In this document: positions 9,986 through 19,287 of the stretch, piece by piece
Position numbering within the stretch: position 1 is the stretch's first letter
Layout of the letters: every line of letters begins with the position of its first letter
DNA from: Verrucomicrobiales bacterium
Lineage (GTDB): Bacteria; Verrucomicrobiota; Verrucomicrobiia; Methylacidiphilales; JAAUTS01
Reading direction: 5' to 3'
DNA: 40,567 nucleotides
NCBI GenBank assembly: GCA_031265105.1
Contig: JAISDC010000230.1
Coordinates: forward strand, 1-40,567
Program-made: the position numbers and the translations under genes
The notes under the pieces: generated by a model
Database searches by the model: none
Seen by the model: only the letters and a program-made list of their open reading frames with translations
Told to the model about the DNA's origin: nothing

Positions 9986-10639
9986 TTATTTGTCGCGCCT
10001 GCCGTCAAGCGGCGCGGACTGCCGGACGAGATACTCTTGCAATTCGCGCAAATCGTTGAACAGCAAATCCGGCGCGGCGGCTTGCAGCATGGCCGGCGTG
10101 TTGTAGCCGGTCAGCACGGCGCAACTGGCGACGCCGCCGTGTCGGGCGGTGGCGATGTCGTGCTCCATGTCGCCCACGAACAGCGTGGCCCGCGGGTCCA
10201 GGTCGAACTCCGCCAGCAGCGCGTGGATGACTTCGCGTTTGTCGCGGACTTGCACGCAGGCTTTGGTGAAGTATGTCGCCAGGCCGAGCCGGGGCGCTTG
10301 CGCCGCGTAATGCTCGGCGTGGATGCTGCTCAGGAGAAACAGTTTGCGGCCCGCGGCGCGGCAATAATCCAGCAGTTCTTTCGCGTGCGGCAGCAGCGGG
10401 GTGTCCGCTTCCAGCAATTTGAACGCGTCCGTGAAGTTGCGGTCAATCTCGGTCATGGCCGCTTCCGGCAGGTGGCGCGCGTAAAATTCCGTGAAGGGCA
10501 GGCAAAATTTTTCCCGAAATTCCGTCAACGTCAGCGGCGGCCGGCCGTAATGGGTGAAGATTTTATTGGTCGCGTCCAGCACCGCCGGCAAATCGTCCAC
10601 CAGCGTGCCTGACCAGTCGAAAATAATGTTGTTGAACAT
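9986..10639 (-). CDS. HAD-family hydrolase (phosphoglycolate-phosphatase-like)
   Basis: FDWSGTLVD motif I and FVGDMEHDI motif IV. Confidence 0.9.
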   Translation of the reverse strand: MFNNIIFDWSGTLVDDLPAVLDATNKIFTHYGRPPLTLTEFREKFCLPFTEFYARHLPEAAMTEIDRNFTDAFKLLEADTPLLPHAKELLDYCRAAGRKLFLLSSIHAEHYAAQAPRLGLATYFTKACVQVRDKREVIHALLAEFDLDPRATLFVGDMEHDIATARHGGVASCAVLTGYNTPAMLQAAAPDLLFNDLRELQEYLVRQSAPLDGRRDK

Positions 10640-10641
10640 AG

Positions 10642-11085
10642 TTATGGTTTGAAACTCCGGTCACGAAGACGCAAAGGCGCGAAGTTTTTTTGGATGATTC
10701 GTTTGATTCCTTGTTTAATTAAAGGGACGTTAAAGTTGATAAGAAAACCCAATTGCAGATTGGATAATTTGAGGTACGTCAGGAGTTGGGATTGATGCAC
10801 CGGCAACAGCGCCTCGACGGATTTGACTTCCACGATGATTTGGTTTGCCACCAGCAAATCCAGCCGGAAATCGGCAGGTATCCGCTGCCCGTCATAAATC
10901 ACCGGCAGCGGAACCTGTCTGGCAAGCTTGATGTCGCGTTTGTCTAATTCGATGACCAGACACTGCTCATAAATGGATTCCAGCAATCCCGCGCCGAGGG
11001 TTGAATGCACTTTAAAGGCCGCGTCAACCACTTGTTTGGCCAGCCTTTCAATATCGGGATGCAAAATGTTTTTTTGATCAGTCAT
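10642..11085 (-). CDS. GxxExxY protein (PD-(D/E)xK nuclease-like)
   Basis: VHSTLGAGLLESIYEQCL (GxxExxY), FRLDLLV, IVEVKS, QLLTYLK and GFLINFN. ATG at 11085. Confidence 0.93.
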   Translation of the reverse strand: MTDQKNILHPDIERLAKQVVDAAFKVHSTLGAGLLESIYEQCLVIELDKRDIKLARQVPLPVIYDGQRIPADFRLDLLVANQIIVEVKSVEALLPVHQSQLLTYLKLSNLQLGFLINFNVPLIKQGIKRIIQKNFAPLRLRDRSFKP

Positions 11086-11119
11086 TGCTTGGCGTCTTAG
11101 CGTCTTCGTGGCAGGAGTT
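10653..11119. mobile_element. Putative GxxExxY cassette bounded by 32-bp imperfect inverted repeats
   Basis: Arms at 10653-10684 and 11088-11119 (27/32 match), core CACGAAGACGC(A/T)AAG(G/A)CGC(G/C)AAG. Confidence 0.6.
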
Positions 11120-12164
11120 AAAATTGGTTCAACCGGTCGAGCAACTCGCGCAGACGGCCGTGGGTGCGGCGGTCGAATTTCAGGCACAGGCGCGGCAGGT
11201 CGGCCAGTTCGGGTTCGTTGATTTCCTCCGGCAAGGCGCGGCTCATGTGGATGGAGCCGGGTTCGTCGAGAATGTCGGCGAAGTCGTCCTCCAGGCGGCG
11301 GATGGCGCCGGGCGGTACCTCGCGTTGCAGGCGGATGACCAACTCGTCGCCGACGTAGCGGTAGGAGTGGAAATTGTAATAAAAATTCAGGATTTCCTTT
11401 TGCGCCTCCGCCAGGTTGTCGGTGAATTTGATGAGCTTGAAATCGTCCCTGGAAATCACCCCGTCGCGCAGCAAATGCTCGTGCAGGTAATGCTCGAACG
11501 TCCGCCAGAAATTGCCGCCCGGCTCGTCCACGAACACGATGGGCATGATCGGCGCCTTGCCGGTCTGCACCAGTGTGATGACCTCGAAGCCCTCGTCCAT
11601 GGTGCCGAAGCCGCCGGGGAACAGCGCCACGGCGTCGCTGTTCTTGATGAAGTTCAGCTTGCGGGTGAAAAAATAACGGAAGGTGATGAGTTTTTCGTCG
11701 CCGCTGATGGTCGCGTTGGGCCGCTGCTCGAACGGCAACTGGATGTTCAGCGCGAAACTGCGCTCGCGCCCCGCGCCCGCCTGCGCCGCGCCCATGACGC
11801 CGTGGCCGCCGCCGGTGATAATCATGTAGCCGCTGTCCACCATCAGCCGGGCGAAGTCATGCGCGGCCCGGTAAGCGCCTTCCGCCGGCTGGGTGCGGGC
11901 GGAGCCGAAGATGCAGATTTTTTTGTCGGCGGCGTAGGGTTGGAAAACTTTGCTGGCGTAACGCATTTCCTTGAACGCGACGTTCATCTGGTAAACATCG
12001 GCGGGCGCGGGCTGGTCCTGGTTGAACTTCAGCACCGTCACCAGCATCTCGCGGAATTTGTCGTAATCGGCGCTGACGTTGGCGAGGCGCAACAGCTCGT
12101 CGATTTTTTTCTCCAACGCGGCGTCGCCGGTGGTGTAGGCGGTGGGTTTGTTCGGCTTGGTCAT
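11118..12164 (-). CDS. LOG family protein (TIGR00730-like Rossmann fold)
   Basis: IFGSART, ITGGGHGVMGA, FRYFFTRK and PGGFGTMDE. Confidence 0.9.
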   Translation of the reverse strand: MTKPNKPTAYTTGDAALEKKIDELLRLANVSADYDKFREMLVTVLKFNQDQPAPADVYQMNVAFKEMRYASKVFQPYAADKKICIFGSARTQPAEGAYRAAHDFARLMVDSGYMIITGGGHGVMGAAQAGAGRERSFALNIQLPFEQRPNATISGDEKLITFRYFFTRKLNFIKNSDAVALFPGGFGTMDEGFEVITLVQTGKAPIMPIVFVDEPGGNFWRTFEHYLHEHLLRDGVISRDDFKLIKFTDNLAEAQKEILNFYYNFHSYRYVGDELVIRLQREVPPGAIRRLEDDFADILDEPGSIHMSRALPEEINEPELADLPRLCLKFDRRTHGRLRELLDRLNQF

Positions 12165-12179
12165 GGTCAGCGGCTCCGT

Positions 12180-13040
12180 TCAGAGGTTCAGGGTCTCGTA
12201 AATTTTGCGGGTCGTGGCGGCGCGGTTCAGCGTGTAAAAATGCACGCCGCTGACGCCGTGGTCCACGAGGTCGCGCACCTGCTCGGTCGCCCAATGCGCG
12301 CCCACGCGCGCGACGCCCGCATCGTCAGCGGCGCGCGCGACGGCCTTCAGCAGCGGCGCGGGGAAACGCGCCCCGCCCGCCAGCTCCGCCATGCGCCGCA
12401 TCCCCGCCAGCGTGGTAATCGGCATGATGCCGGCGATGATGGGGACGTTGATGCCGGCCAGCTCGCAGCGTTCGCGGAAATCATAAAAATCGCGGTTGTC
12501 GAAGAACAGTTGCGTGACGAGATAATCCGCGCCGGCGGCCACCTTGGCTTGCAAAAACTCAATCTCGCGCAAGCGGTTCGGCGTGGCGGGATGCCCTTCG
12601 GGAAAGCCCGCGACGCCGATGCCGAAGCGCGGGAAATGTTGCTTGATGAACGCGACCAAATCCGCCGCGTGCGGGAAGTCGCCGCCCGCCGCTGACGGTG
12701 TCCCCGGCGACGGGTCGCCGCGCAAGGCGAGGATGTTGTGAATGCCGTGCCGGTCGTAATGTTCGAGGATGGCGTGGATGGCGTCACGGTCAGCGCCGCC
12801 GCAAGTGAGGTGGGCGACGACCGTCAAGTCCGTCTCCCGCGCCAGCCGCGTGACGAGCCGTTGCGTGCGGTCGCGCGCCGAGCCGCCCGCGCCGTAAGTG
12901 ACACTGACCGCGGCCGGCCGGAGCGGCATCAGCGCGGCGATGGTGTGGAACAACGTCTCCGCCTCCGCCTCGTTTTTCGGCGGGAAAAACTCGAAGCTGA
13001 ACGTCGGCCGGCGGCGGGCTAAAATTTCGCGGAACAACAT
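12180..13040 (-). CDS. metF: 5,10-methylenetetrahydrofolate reductase
   Basis: FSFEFFPPK, VSVTYGAGGS, AHLTC, ILALRGD, TQLFFDN and HFYTLN. Confidence 0.96.
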   Translation of the reverse strand: MLFREILARRRPTFSFEFFPPKNEAEAETLFHTIAALMPLRPAAVSVTYGAGGSARDRTQRLVTRLARETDLTVVAHLTCGGADRDAIHAILEHYDRHGIHNILALRGDPSPGTPSAAGGDFPHAADLVAFIKQHFPRFGIGVAGFPEGHPATPNRLREIEFLQAKVAAGADYLVTQLFFDNRDFYDFRERCELAGINVPIIAGIMPITTLAGMRRMAELAGGARFPAPLLKAVARAADDAGVARVGAHWATEQVRDLVDHGVSGVHFYTLNRAATTRKIYETLNL

Positions 13041-13104
13041 AACTAAACCGCCCTCTCCATTTCCTCCATGTTCTCCTTGTAAAAAGTGTTTTTCCAACAG
13101 ACCC

Positions 13105-14898
13105 TTAACCGGGAATATCCCCCGTCAACCGCGCCGCGCCGCCGGCCATCGGCTCAAGGATGGTCTCCCGCACACTCGTGCCGGCGGGTATCATCGGCAG
13201 CACATGCTCGGTTTCGGGCACCAGCACGTCCAGCACATACGGCTCCCGCGCCGCCAGCATCCGCTTCAGCGCGGGGACCAGGTCGGCGGGTTTGCTCACC
13301 TGCTCGGCCTTGACGCCGAAGCCCGCGCAAATCGTCACGTAATCGGGATACATTTTGCCACGGTCAGCGTGGTCGCCGAGGTAAGTGTGCCCGCGGTTGC
13401 TGGCGAAGAACCGGTCTTCCCACTGCATCACCATGCCGAGGTATTGGTTGTTAATGATGATGACTTTCGCGGGGATTTTCTCAATGGCGGCGGTGGCGAG
13501 TTCCTGCACGTTCATCATGAACGAGCCGTCGCCGTCGATGTCCACCACCTGCGCGCCGGGCCGCGCCACCTGCGCGCCGAGCGCGGCGGGGTAGCCGAAG
13601 CCCATCGCGCCGAGGCCGAGGCTGCTCAGGTAGGTGCGCGGCCGCACGTAGTCGTAAAATTGCGCCGCCCACATTTGGTGCTGGCCGACGCCGGTGCTGA
13701 TGATGGCGTCGCCGCGCGTCAGCTTGCTCAATTCCGCGACCACCTGCTGCGGCATGATGACGTCGGGCCGGGCGCGGTAACGCAGCGGGTACGCGCGCTT
13801 CCACGCGGCGATTTTTTTGTGCCACGCGGGAAAGTCCTTGCGCTGCCGGCCACCCTTGCGGATGAGTTCGTTCAACCGGCGCAGCGCGTATTTCACGTCG
13901 CTGAGGATGGGCAACTGCACGACCTTGTTCTTGTTCAACTCCGCCGCGTCGGTCTCGATGTGGACGATGGTGGCGCGCTTGGCGAACTCGCTGACCTTGC
14001 TCGTCACGCGGTCGGAAAAACGCACGCCGACGGCGATGAGCAAATCGCAATCGTCAGCGGCACGGTTGGCGTACGCGGGGCCGTGCATCCCCAGCCACTT
14101 GCACGCGAGCGGGTGCGTTTCGGGGAACGCGCCGACGCCCATCAACGTCGTGGACACGGGGATGTGCGTGGCCTCGGCGAATTTTTTCAACTCACCCGCG
14201 GCGTTGGCGGAAATCACCCCGCCGCCGGCGTGCAACAGCGGGCGCGCGGATTTTTCCACCAGCGCGAGCAGCTCCAGCAGCGCGTCATCACCGGCCTTGG
14301 CGTGCCCGACGAGGCCGGGCAGGTCAACGTCAGCGGGCCACACGGGCCGGGTGCGCGCGGCTTGCACGTCCTTCGGCACGTCAATCCACACCGGCCCGGG
14401 CCGGCCGGTGGTGGCGATTTTGAACGCCTCCTTGACCACGCGCGGGATGTCGTTCACGTCCATCACGAGGTAACTGTGCTTGACGATGGGCACGGTCATG
14501 CCGTACACGTCGGTTTCCTGAAAACCGGTTTTGCCAATCATCGAGCGGGTGACCTGGCCGGTGATGGCGATGAGCGGGATGGAATCCATGAAGGCGTCGG
14601 CGACGCCGGTGATGAGGTTGGTCGCGCCGGGGCCGCTGGTGGCCATGCACACGCCGACCTTGCCGGAGGCGCGCGCGTAGCCGCCGGCCATGAACGCGCC
14701 GCCCTGCTCGTGACGCGGGAGGATGGTGCGGATTGGTTTGGAGCGGGTCAGGGCCTGGTGGAACAACATGCTGTTGCCGCCCGGGTAAGCGAAGACGGTG
14801 TCCACGCCCTCCCGCTCCAGCGCGCGGACGAGGATGTCGGCGCCGCTGAGGGTGGACGAGGTTTGCTTGGCCGCTGCGGTTGACTGGTTGTTTTTCAT
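13105..14898 (-). CDS. ilvB: Acetolactate synthase large subunit (biosynthetic)
   Basis: FAYPGG, RHEQGG, TSGPGATN, GRPGPVWID, GQHQMW and ThDP motif GDGSFMMN. Confidence 0.96.
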   Translation of the reverse strand: MKNNQSTAAAKQTSSTLSGADILVRALEREGVDTVFAYPGGNSMLFHQALTRSKPIRTILPRHEQGGAFMAGGYARASGKVGVCMATSGPGATNLITGVADAFMDSIPLIAITGQVTRSMIGKTGFQETDVYGMTVPIVKHSYLVMDVNDIPRVVKEAFKIATTGRPGPVWIDVPKDVQAARTRPVWPADVDLPGLVGHAKAGDDALLELLALVEKSARPLLHAGGGVISANAAGELKKFAEATHIPVSTTLMGVGAFPETHPLACKWLGMHGPAYANRAADDCDLLIAVGVRFSDRVTSKVSEFAKRATIVHIETDAAELNKNKVVQLPILSDVKYALRRLNELIRKGGRQRKDFPAWHKKIAAWKRAYPLRYRARPDVIMPQQVVAELSKLTRGDAIISTGVGQHQMWAAQFYDYVRPRTYLSSLGLGAMGFGYPAALGAQVARPGAQVVDIDGDGSFMMNVQELATAAIEKIPAKVIIINNQYLGMVMQWEDRFFASNRGHTYLGDHADRGKMYPDYVTICAGFGVKAEQVSKPADLVPALKRMLAAREPYVLDVLVPETEHVLPMIPAGTSVRETILEPMAGGAARLTGDIPG

Positions 14899-15012
14899 GA
14901 TGGGTGGATAATTATAAAAGGAAACCCGCGCAAGGCAATCCATAAGAAAGTTGGCGGCAAAACCCGCCAACATAGGCTTGTCCTCAGCGGGAGCGGTGGC
15001 TAAGGTTGTCTG

Positions 15013-15237
15013 ATGGTCACGATTTTGCCTCTGAAGAAAATGTCGCGGCGCGACAAATTGCGGGTGATGGAGGAGCTTTGGGTGGATTTGTCAACGAACG
15101 CTGAGGTTGACTCCCCCGCATGGCACGGGGCGGAGTTGCGCCGGACGGAACAATTGGTCGAAAGTGGCGCGGCCAAGTTTGATGATTGGGGCAAAGCTAG
15201 GCAGCGGCTCCGCCGCCAAATTTCCCGGCGCCTGTGA
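15013..15237 (+). CDS. Putative addiction-module antitoxin component
   Basis: KLRVMEELW...SPAWH...DW pattern, overlapping (GTGA) a RelE/ParE-like gene. Confidence 0.8.
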   Translation: MVTILPLKKMSRRDKLRVMEELWVDLSTNAEVDSPAWHGAELRRTEQLVESGAAKFDDWGKARQRLRRQISRRL

Positions 15238-15527
15238 ACATTCGCCTCCTCAATCTTGCCGAGCAGGACTTGCTGGTTGGTTTTGAATTTTACGAACGGC
15301 AAGAGGTCGGCGTGGGAACGTATTTTTTTGAGAGCCTGCAGGCGGACATCGAATCACTGCGGTTGTTTGCCGGCACACACCGCGAGGTGTTTGGTTTTCA
15401 CAAAATGCTGTCGCGCCGTTTTCCCTATGCGATTTATTATCGTGTGACGCATGACGAGATTGCCGTCTGGCGCGTTTTGGATTGTCGTCGCAATCCCCGG
15501 TGGATAGTACGGCAACTTGGCGGTTGA
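15234..15527 (+). CDS. RelE/ParE-family toxin
   Basis: AEQDL...FYE...G..F and RRFPYAIYY...VLDCRRNP. Confidence 0.85.
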   Translation: MNIRLLNLAEQDLLVGFEFYERQEVGVGTYFFESLQADIESLRLFAGTHREVFGFHKMLSRRFPYAIYYRVTHDEIAVWRVLDCRRNPRWIVRQLGG

Positions 15528-15557
15528 TAAAAAAATCACCAAACTCAATAAAAAGCG

Positions 15558-15586
15558 TTGACAGAGTAGCGCGATACGCATACCGT
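15558..15586 (+). promoter_or_regulatory. Sigma-70-type promoter of rplM-rpsI
   Basis: TTGACA (15558-15563), 17-nt spacer, TACCGT (15581-15586), with an A-rich upstream tract. Confidence 0.6.
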
Positions 15587-15600
15587 TTCCGTTCCTTTTT

Positions 15601-16035
15601 ATGAAAACATTCTCGGCAAAAGCAGAAACCACTGACCGCCAGTGGTATGTTATCGACGCCCAAAACCAAGTGGTGGGCCGCGTGGCGGAAAGAGCCGCGG
15701 TGCTCCTGCGCGGCAAGGCCAAGGCCATTTTTACCCCGCATGTTGATACCGGCGACCATGTCATTGTCATCAACGCCGGCAAGGCCCGCTTCACCGGCAA
15801 GAAGGAGGAGCAGAAGAATTACAGCACTTATTCCAACTTCATCGGCGGCCAGAAAAACGAAAGCCCGAAGGACGTGCGCCGCCGCCGCCCCGAATTGCTG
15901 GTGGAACGCGCGATCAAGGGCATGATTCCCCATAACCGGCTTGGTCGCGTGGTGTTGAAAAAACTGCACGTTTACGCCGGGGCCGAGCATCCGCACTCGG
16001 CGCAGGAACCCACCGCGATCAAGGTCGCCCGCTGA
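15601..16035 (+). CDS. rplM: 50S ribosomal protein L13
   Basis: WYVIDA, FTPHVDTGDHVIVINA and KGMIPHNRLG. Confidence 0.98.
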   Translation: MKTFSAKAETTDRQWYVIDAQNQVVGRVAERAAVLLRGKAKAIFTPHVDTGDHVIVINAGKARFTGKKEEQKNYSTYSNFIGGQKNESPKDVRRRRPELLVERAIKGMIPHNRLGRVVLKKLHVYAGAEHPHSAQEPTAIKVAR

Positions 16036-16060
16036 CACTGAATATCATAGGATCAATATT

Positions 16061-16456
16061 ATGGCAGATACTGTAATTTTTACCGCCACCGGTCGCCGCA
16101 AAACCGCCGTGGCCCGCATCAATCTCAAAGCAGGCAAAGGCACGCTGACGGTGAACGGCAAGGCCGCCGACGAGTATTTTTTCACTCCGGAGCAGCGCAT
16201 TGAATTGCGGTTGCCGCTGGTCGTTACCGACAGCCAGAAAAAATTTGACGTCCAGATTCGCGCCGAGGGCGGCGGTCTCCAGGGCCAGGCCGGGGCTTCC
16301 TGCCTGGCGATAGCCCGCGCGCTGGTGCAAGTGGACAAGGAACTCCGCGCCCCGCTGCGGGCGCAGGGTTTGCTAACCCGCGATTCCCGCATGAAGGAGC
16401 GCAAAAAATCCGGCCAGCCGGGCGCCCGCAAGCGGTTCCAGTTCTCCAAGCGCTGA
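16061..16456 (+). CDS. rpsI: 30S ribosomal protein S9
   Basis: ATGRRKTAVAR, GGGLQGQAGA and LTRDSRMKERKKSGQPGARKRFQFSKR. Confidence 0.98.
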   Translation: MADTVIFTATGRRKTAVARINLKAGKGTLTVNGKAADEYFFTPEQRIELRLPLVVTDSQKKFDVQIRAEGGGLQGQAGASCLAIARALVQVDKELRAPLRAQGLLTRDSRMKERKKSGQPGARKRFQFSKR

Positions 16457-16587
16457 TGGTGGCAGAGTGCCCAAGCCGGGTTGCCCAAATCTCCTCAGTC
16501 GTCATTCCGAGCGGAGCAAAAAAGCAATCCGTGTTCATTTGTGTCCATTTGCTTCACTTCGTTCGGAGCTTGAGGCGGCGTGTAATT

Positions 16588-18049
16588 CTGAAGATTACCC
16601 AGAAGTGATCTGTACAATGAGAGGTGCTTGTGCAAAGTGTAGGGATGAGCAAAGGAAGTGATGAAGTTGGCGAGTGGGCGACCGGGGAATTGGCAGGATT
16701 GAGCAGCGTGGAGGATCCGCGACGGGTGGCCCGGTTGACGCGGTTGTTGGGAGCGTTAAGGCGGCAACCTGGGGCAAGCCTGCCTGAATGTTGTCGCAGT
16801 TGGGCGGAGATCAAGGCGGCTTATCGTTTGATTGAAAGTGAACGGATTGACGCGGCGGCGGTGTTGGACAGTCATGGGTTGGCAACGCTGGGTCGGATGA
16901 GCACGGCGGGGACGGTACTGGTGATTCAGGACACGACCAGCCTGGATTATTCGGGGCGCGCGGCCACCGAGGGGCTCGGGCCGATTGACCGCAAGGGTCA
17001 ATGGCGGCAAGGCTTGTGGTTACATAGCCAATTGTGCGTGGATGGAGCGCACGGCATGGTGTACGGGTTGCTGGATGCCAAACTTTGGGCGCGACCGACT
17101 GACCGCAAACGCCGAGTTTCGACCGAACGCAACCGGCTGTCGCTGGGCGCCAAGGAAAGTTGCCGTTGGTTGGATGGTTATGCGCAGTGCGTGGAGTTAC
17201 GGCGGCAGCTCAAGACGCAGGTGATCAGCGTGGCTGATCGTGAGGGGGACATTTACGAAGTATTCAGGCACTATCAACCGGGTTCGGCTGATCTGTTGGT
17301 GCGGGCGCAGCATGACCGTGAGTTGTTGGGGCAAAACGGACGGGTGCGCGCTTGGTTGTCGGCACAAGCGGTGAACGGGTATCGGTCGGTGACCTTGCCC
17401 GACCGGTCACGCAACGTCACCCTGGCCTTGCGCTGGCAACGGGTAACCATTGCTGCGCCGGTGGATCAACGCCGTTACCATGGAGTCACAGAGCCGGTGG
17501 AACTAACGGTATTGTGGGCACGGGAGGAACACCAACCGGCGGGACTGGACTGGATGTTGTGGAGCACCCTTGAGGTGAAGAACGCAGCGGAGGCCAACAC
17601 GTTATTGAGCTATTATGAACAACGCTGGCAGATTGAAGTGCTGCACCGCATCCTCAAAAGTTACTGCCGTGCCGAACAACGACAATTGCGTACGGCGAAG
17701 CGACTGGGCTTGCTGCTGGTACTCGACCTGTTGGTAGCCGTGTATGTGTTGGGGTTAACACATGCCGCCCGTATTACTCCGAACGCCCCGGCCGATGACT
17801 GGTTAACCCCGGGTGAACAACAAGCCCTCTGCGTGTGGCATACAGGGCCGCCGTTAACCAAGCCTCTCACCCTCTCCGTCGCCGTAGCCAAGCTCGGCCA
17901 ATTGGGCGGACACTTGGGGCGCAAGCACGACGGCCCGCCGGGACCAAAAGCCCTCTACCGCGGCCTCGCCAAACTCCTAACCATTTCAGATACCTGGCAT
18001 GCCGCTGCCGTTTACTTCGCCGCCAATAAAACTTCTGGGTAATCTTCAG
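16588..18049 (+). mobile_element. IS4-family element (IS50/Tn5-like), complete, 1462 bp
   Basis: Perfect 19-bp terminal IRs CTGAAGATTACCCAGAAGT (16588-16606, 18031-18049) and 8-bp target duplication GTGTAATT (16580-16587, 18050-18057). Confidence 0.95.
16645..18042 (+). CDS. IS4-family (Tn5-like) transposase; alternative start 16624
   Basis: KAAYRL, IQDTT, KESCRW, VADREGDIYE, YEQRWQIEVLHRILKS and LGGHLGRKHDGPPG. Confidence 0.94.
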   Translation: MSKGSDEVGEWATGELAGLSSVEDPRRVARLTRLLGALRRQPGASLPECCRSWAEIKAAYRLIESERIDAAAVLDSHGLATLGRMSTAGTVLVIQDTTSLDYSGRAATEGLGPIDRKGQWRQGLWLHSQLCVDGAHGMVYGLLDAKLWARPTDRKRRVSTERNRLSLGAKESCRWLDGYAQCVELRRQLKTQVISVADREGDIYEVFRHYQPGSADLLVRAQHDRELLGQNGRVRAWLSAQAVNGYRSVTLPDRSRNVTLALRWQRVTIAAPVDQRRYHGVTEPVELTVLWAREEHQPAGLDWMLWSTLEVKNAAEANTLLSYYEQRWQIEVLHRILKSYCRAEQRQLRTAKRLGLLLVLDLLVAVYVLGLTHAARITPNAPADDWLTPGEQQALCVWHTGPPLTKPLTLSVAVAKLGQLGGHLGRKHDGPPGPKALYRGLAKLLTISDTWHAAAVYFAANKTSG

Positions 18050-18153
18050 GTGTAATTGCCGCCTGACTCTTGTGGTTAAAAAAACACTTCGTGCCTTGGT
18101 GGTTCTGAGTTTTTTCCTATCAGCCCGGCATGTTATCAATGAAATACGATAAC

Positions 18154-18885
18154 CTACAATCCCGACGCGCCCTTTTGTCCCTTGCGCAGTTCGATGTAGG
18201 TCCGGCTTTGTGACAGGTCGCGGCCGGGCATCATGGTGGAAACCATCATTTCCTTGATAGTGTAAGTGTCCTCGATTTTCATCACGCCGTTGACCTCGAC
18301 GCGTTTGACGACCTGCTGGTCGGCGTTGTAGGCGTCGGCGCGCAGGACGGCGAGATACTCGCTGCTGATCCAGAAACGGATTTTGGCGTAATTGCTGACG
18401 ATGGGCGGGGTGCTTTCGTAGCACCAGGCGGGCAGGGTGAGAATACTGTCCGTGCCGACGGGCTTGACCGTGCTCCAGCGGAAAAAGTCGAGGGCGAGGT
18501 CCTCGTAAGCAATGTCGGAGTCAAGGATTCTGGCCAGGCGGTCCTTGCCGGCAACCAGTTCCCAGTCACGGTCAGCGCTCTGGCGACGCTGAATGACGCT
18601 GCCGTTGGGCATGAAGATGACGCGGATTTGCAGAGCACGGTCATTGAACTCGAACACCATCAGGCGGTCGCGGGTGCGCATGGTGACGGCATGGTAAAGG
18701 TCCTTGCCCTTGGCGGTGGTGATGTGCAGGAAGCCTTCCAGTTTGAAATCCTGCAACCGGCCGGACTGCCACATGGCGTCTTGCAAGCGTTCGGGCGCGG
18801 GGATTTTCCCGGCGGGGTCGGGGGCCGCGTGAATGTCAGCGGCCGTCAGGCCAATGGCGAGGAGCAGAACATAAACGGTGCGCAT
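18154..18885 (-). CDS. Exported protein, outer-membrane lipoprotein-sorting (LolA-like) family
   Basis: Signal peptide, ILDSDIAYEDL, YAKIRFWI...ADAYN...VKR pattern. Confidence 0.65.
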   Translation of the reverse strand: MRTVYVLLLAIGLTAADIHAAPDPAGKIPAPERLQDAMWQSGRLQDFKLEGFLHITTAKGKDLYHAVTMRTRDRLMVFEFNDRALQIRVIFMPNGSVIQRRQSADRDWELVAGKDRLARILDSDIAYEDLALDFFRWSTVKPVGTDSILTLPAWCYESTPPIVSNYAKIRFWISSEYLAVLRADAYNADQQVVKRVEVNGVMKIEDTYTIKEMMVSTMMPGRDLSQSRTYIELRKGQKGASGL

Positions 18886-18946
18886 GCGGGGACAGGTTAA
18901 CAGGTTGCCGCCGGGGAACCAGCCGGAATTCGCGCCGCGCGCGCCG

Positions 18947-19183
18947 TCAGCGGGCTTTTTTCCGCGTCGGCGACACCTGCAAGGCGACCAGCTCCGGCCT
19001 GGGCAGCACGGCCAGCGGCAGGGTGATTACTTTTTTCAGCGCGTAATAATCGCAAATGGCTTCCAGCCCCTCGACCGCCAGAATGGTGGACGGAATGCCG
19101 GTCTCGCTTTCCAGCACGGTCAGCCGGTCTTTCAACCCCTGCGACAGACGCAGGGACAGTCGCGCTTCTTTCAACGGTTTCAT
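18947..19183 (-). CDS. Small hypothetical protein, possibly ribbon-helix-helix DNA-binding
   Basis: RLSLRLSQGLKDRL..LESETGIPSTIL resembles an RHH strand-helix-helix pattern. ATG start. Confidence 0.5.
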   Translation of the reverse strand: MKPLKEARLSLRLSQGLKDRLTVLESETGIPSTILAVEGLEAICDYYALKKVITLPLAVLPRPELVALQVSPTRKKAR

Positions 19184-19287
19184 GTCTGTTTTTTACGCCA
19201 GATACCTCTTGACAGCATCGAAGTCTTTCACGCATATTGAGCGTCATTGACGTTCAATGACGTTATTATTAATAAACCCGCAAAATC

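Noticed and set aside
11085-14883. Long + strand ORFs 11085-12695 (536 aa) and 12898-14883 (661 aa)
   Set aside because: Antisense shadows of LOG/metF and ilvB in GC-rich DNA, with no recognisable motifs. The same applies to 3119-4168, 6670-7995, 25149-26528 and 37788-39068.
18063-18071. CTGACTCTT, identical to the start of the Tn5 outside end
   Set aside because: Only 9 bp and outside the IS boundaries defined by perfect IRs and the target duplication; likely coincidence.
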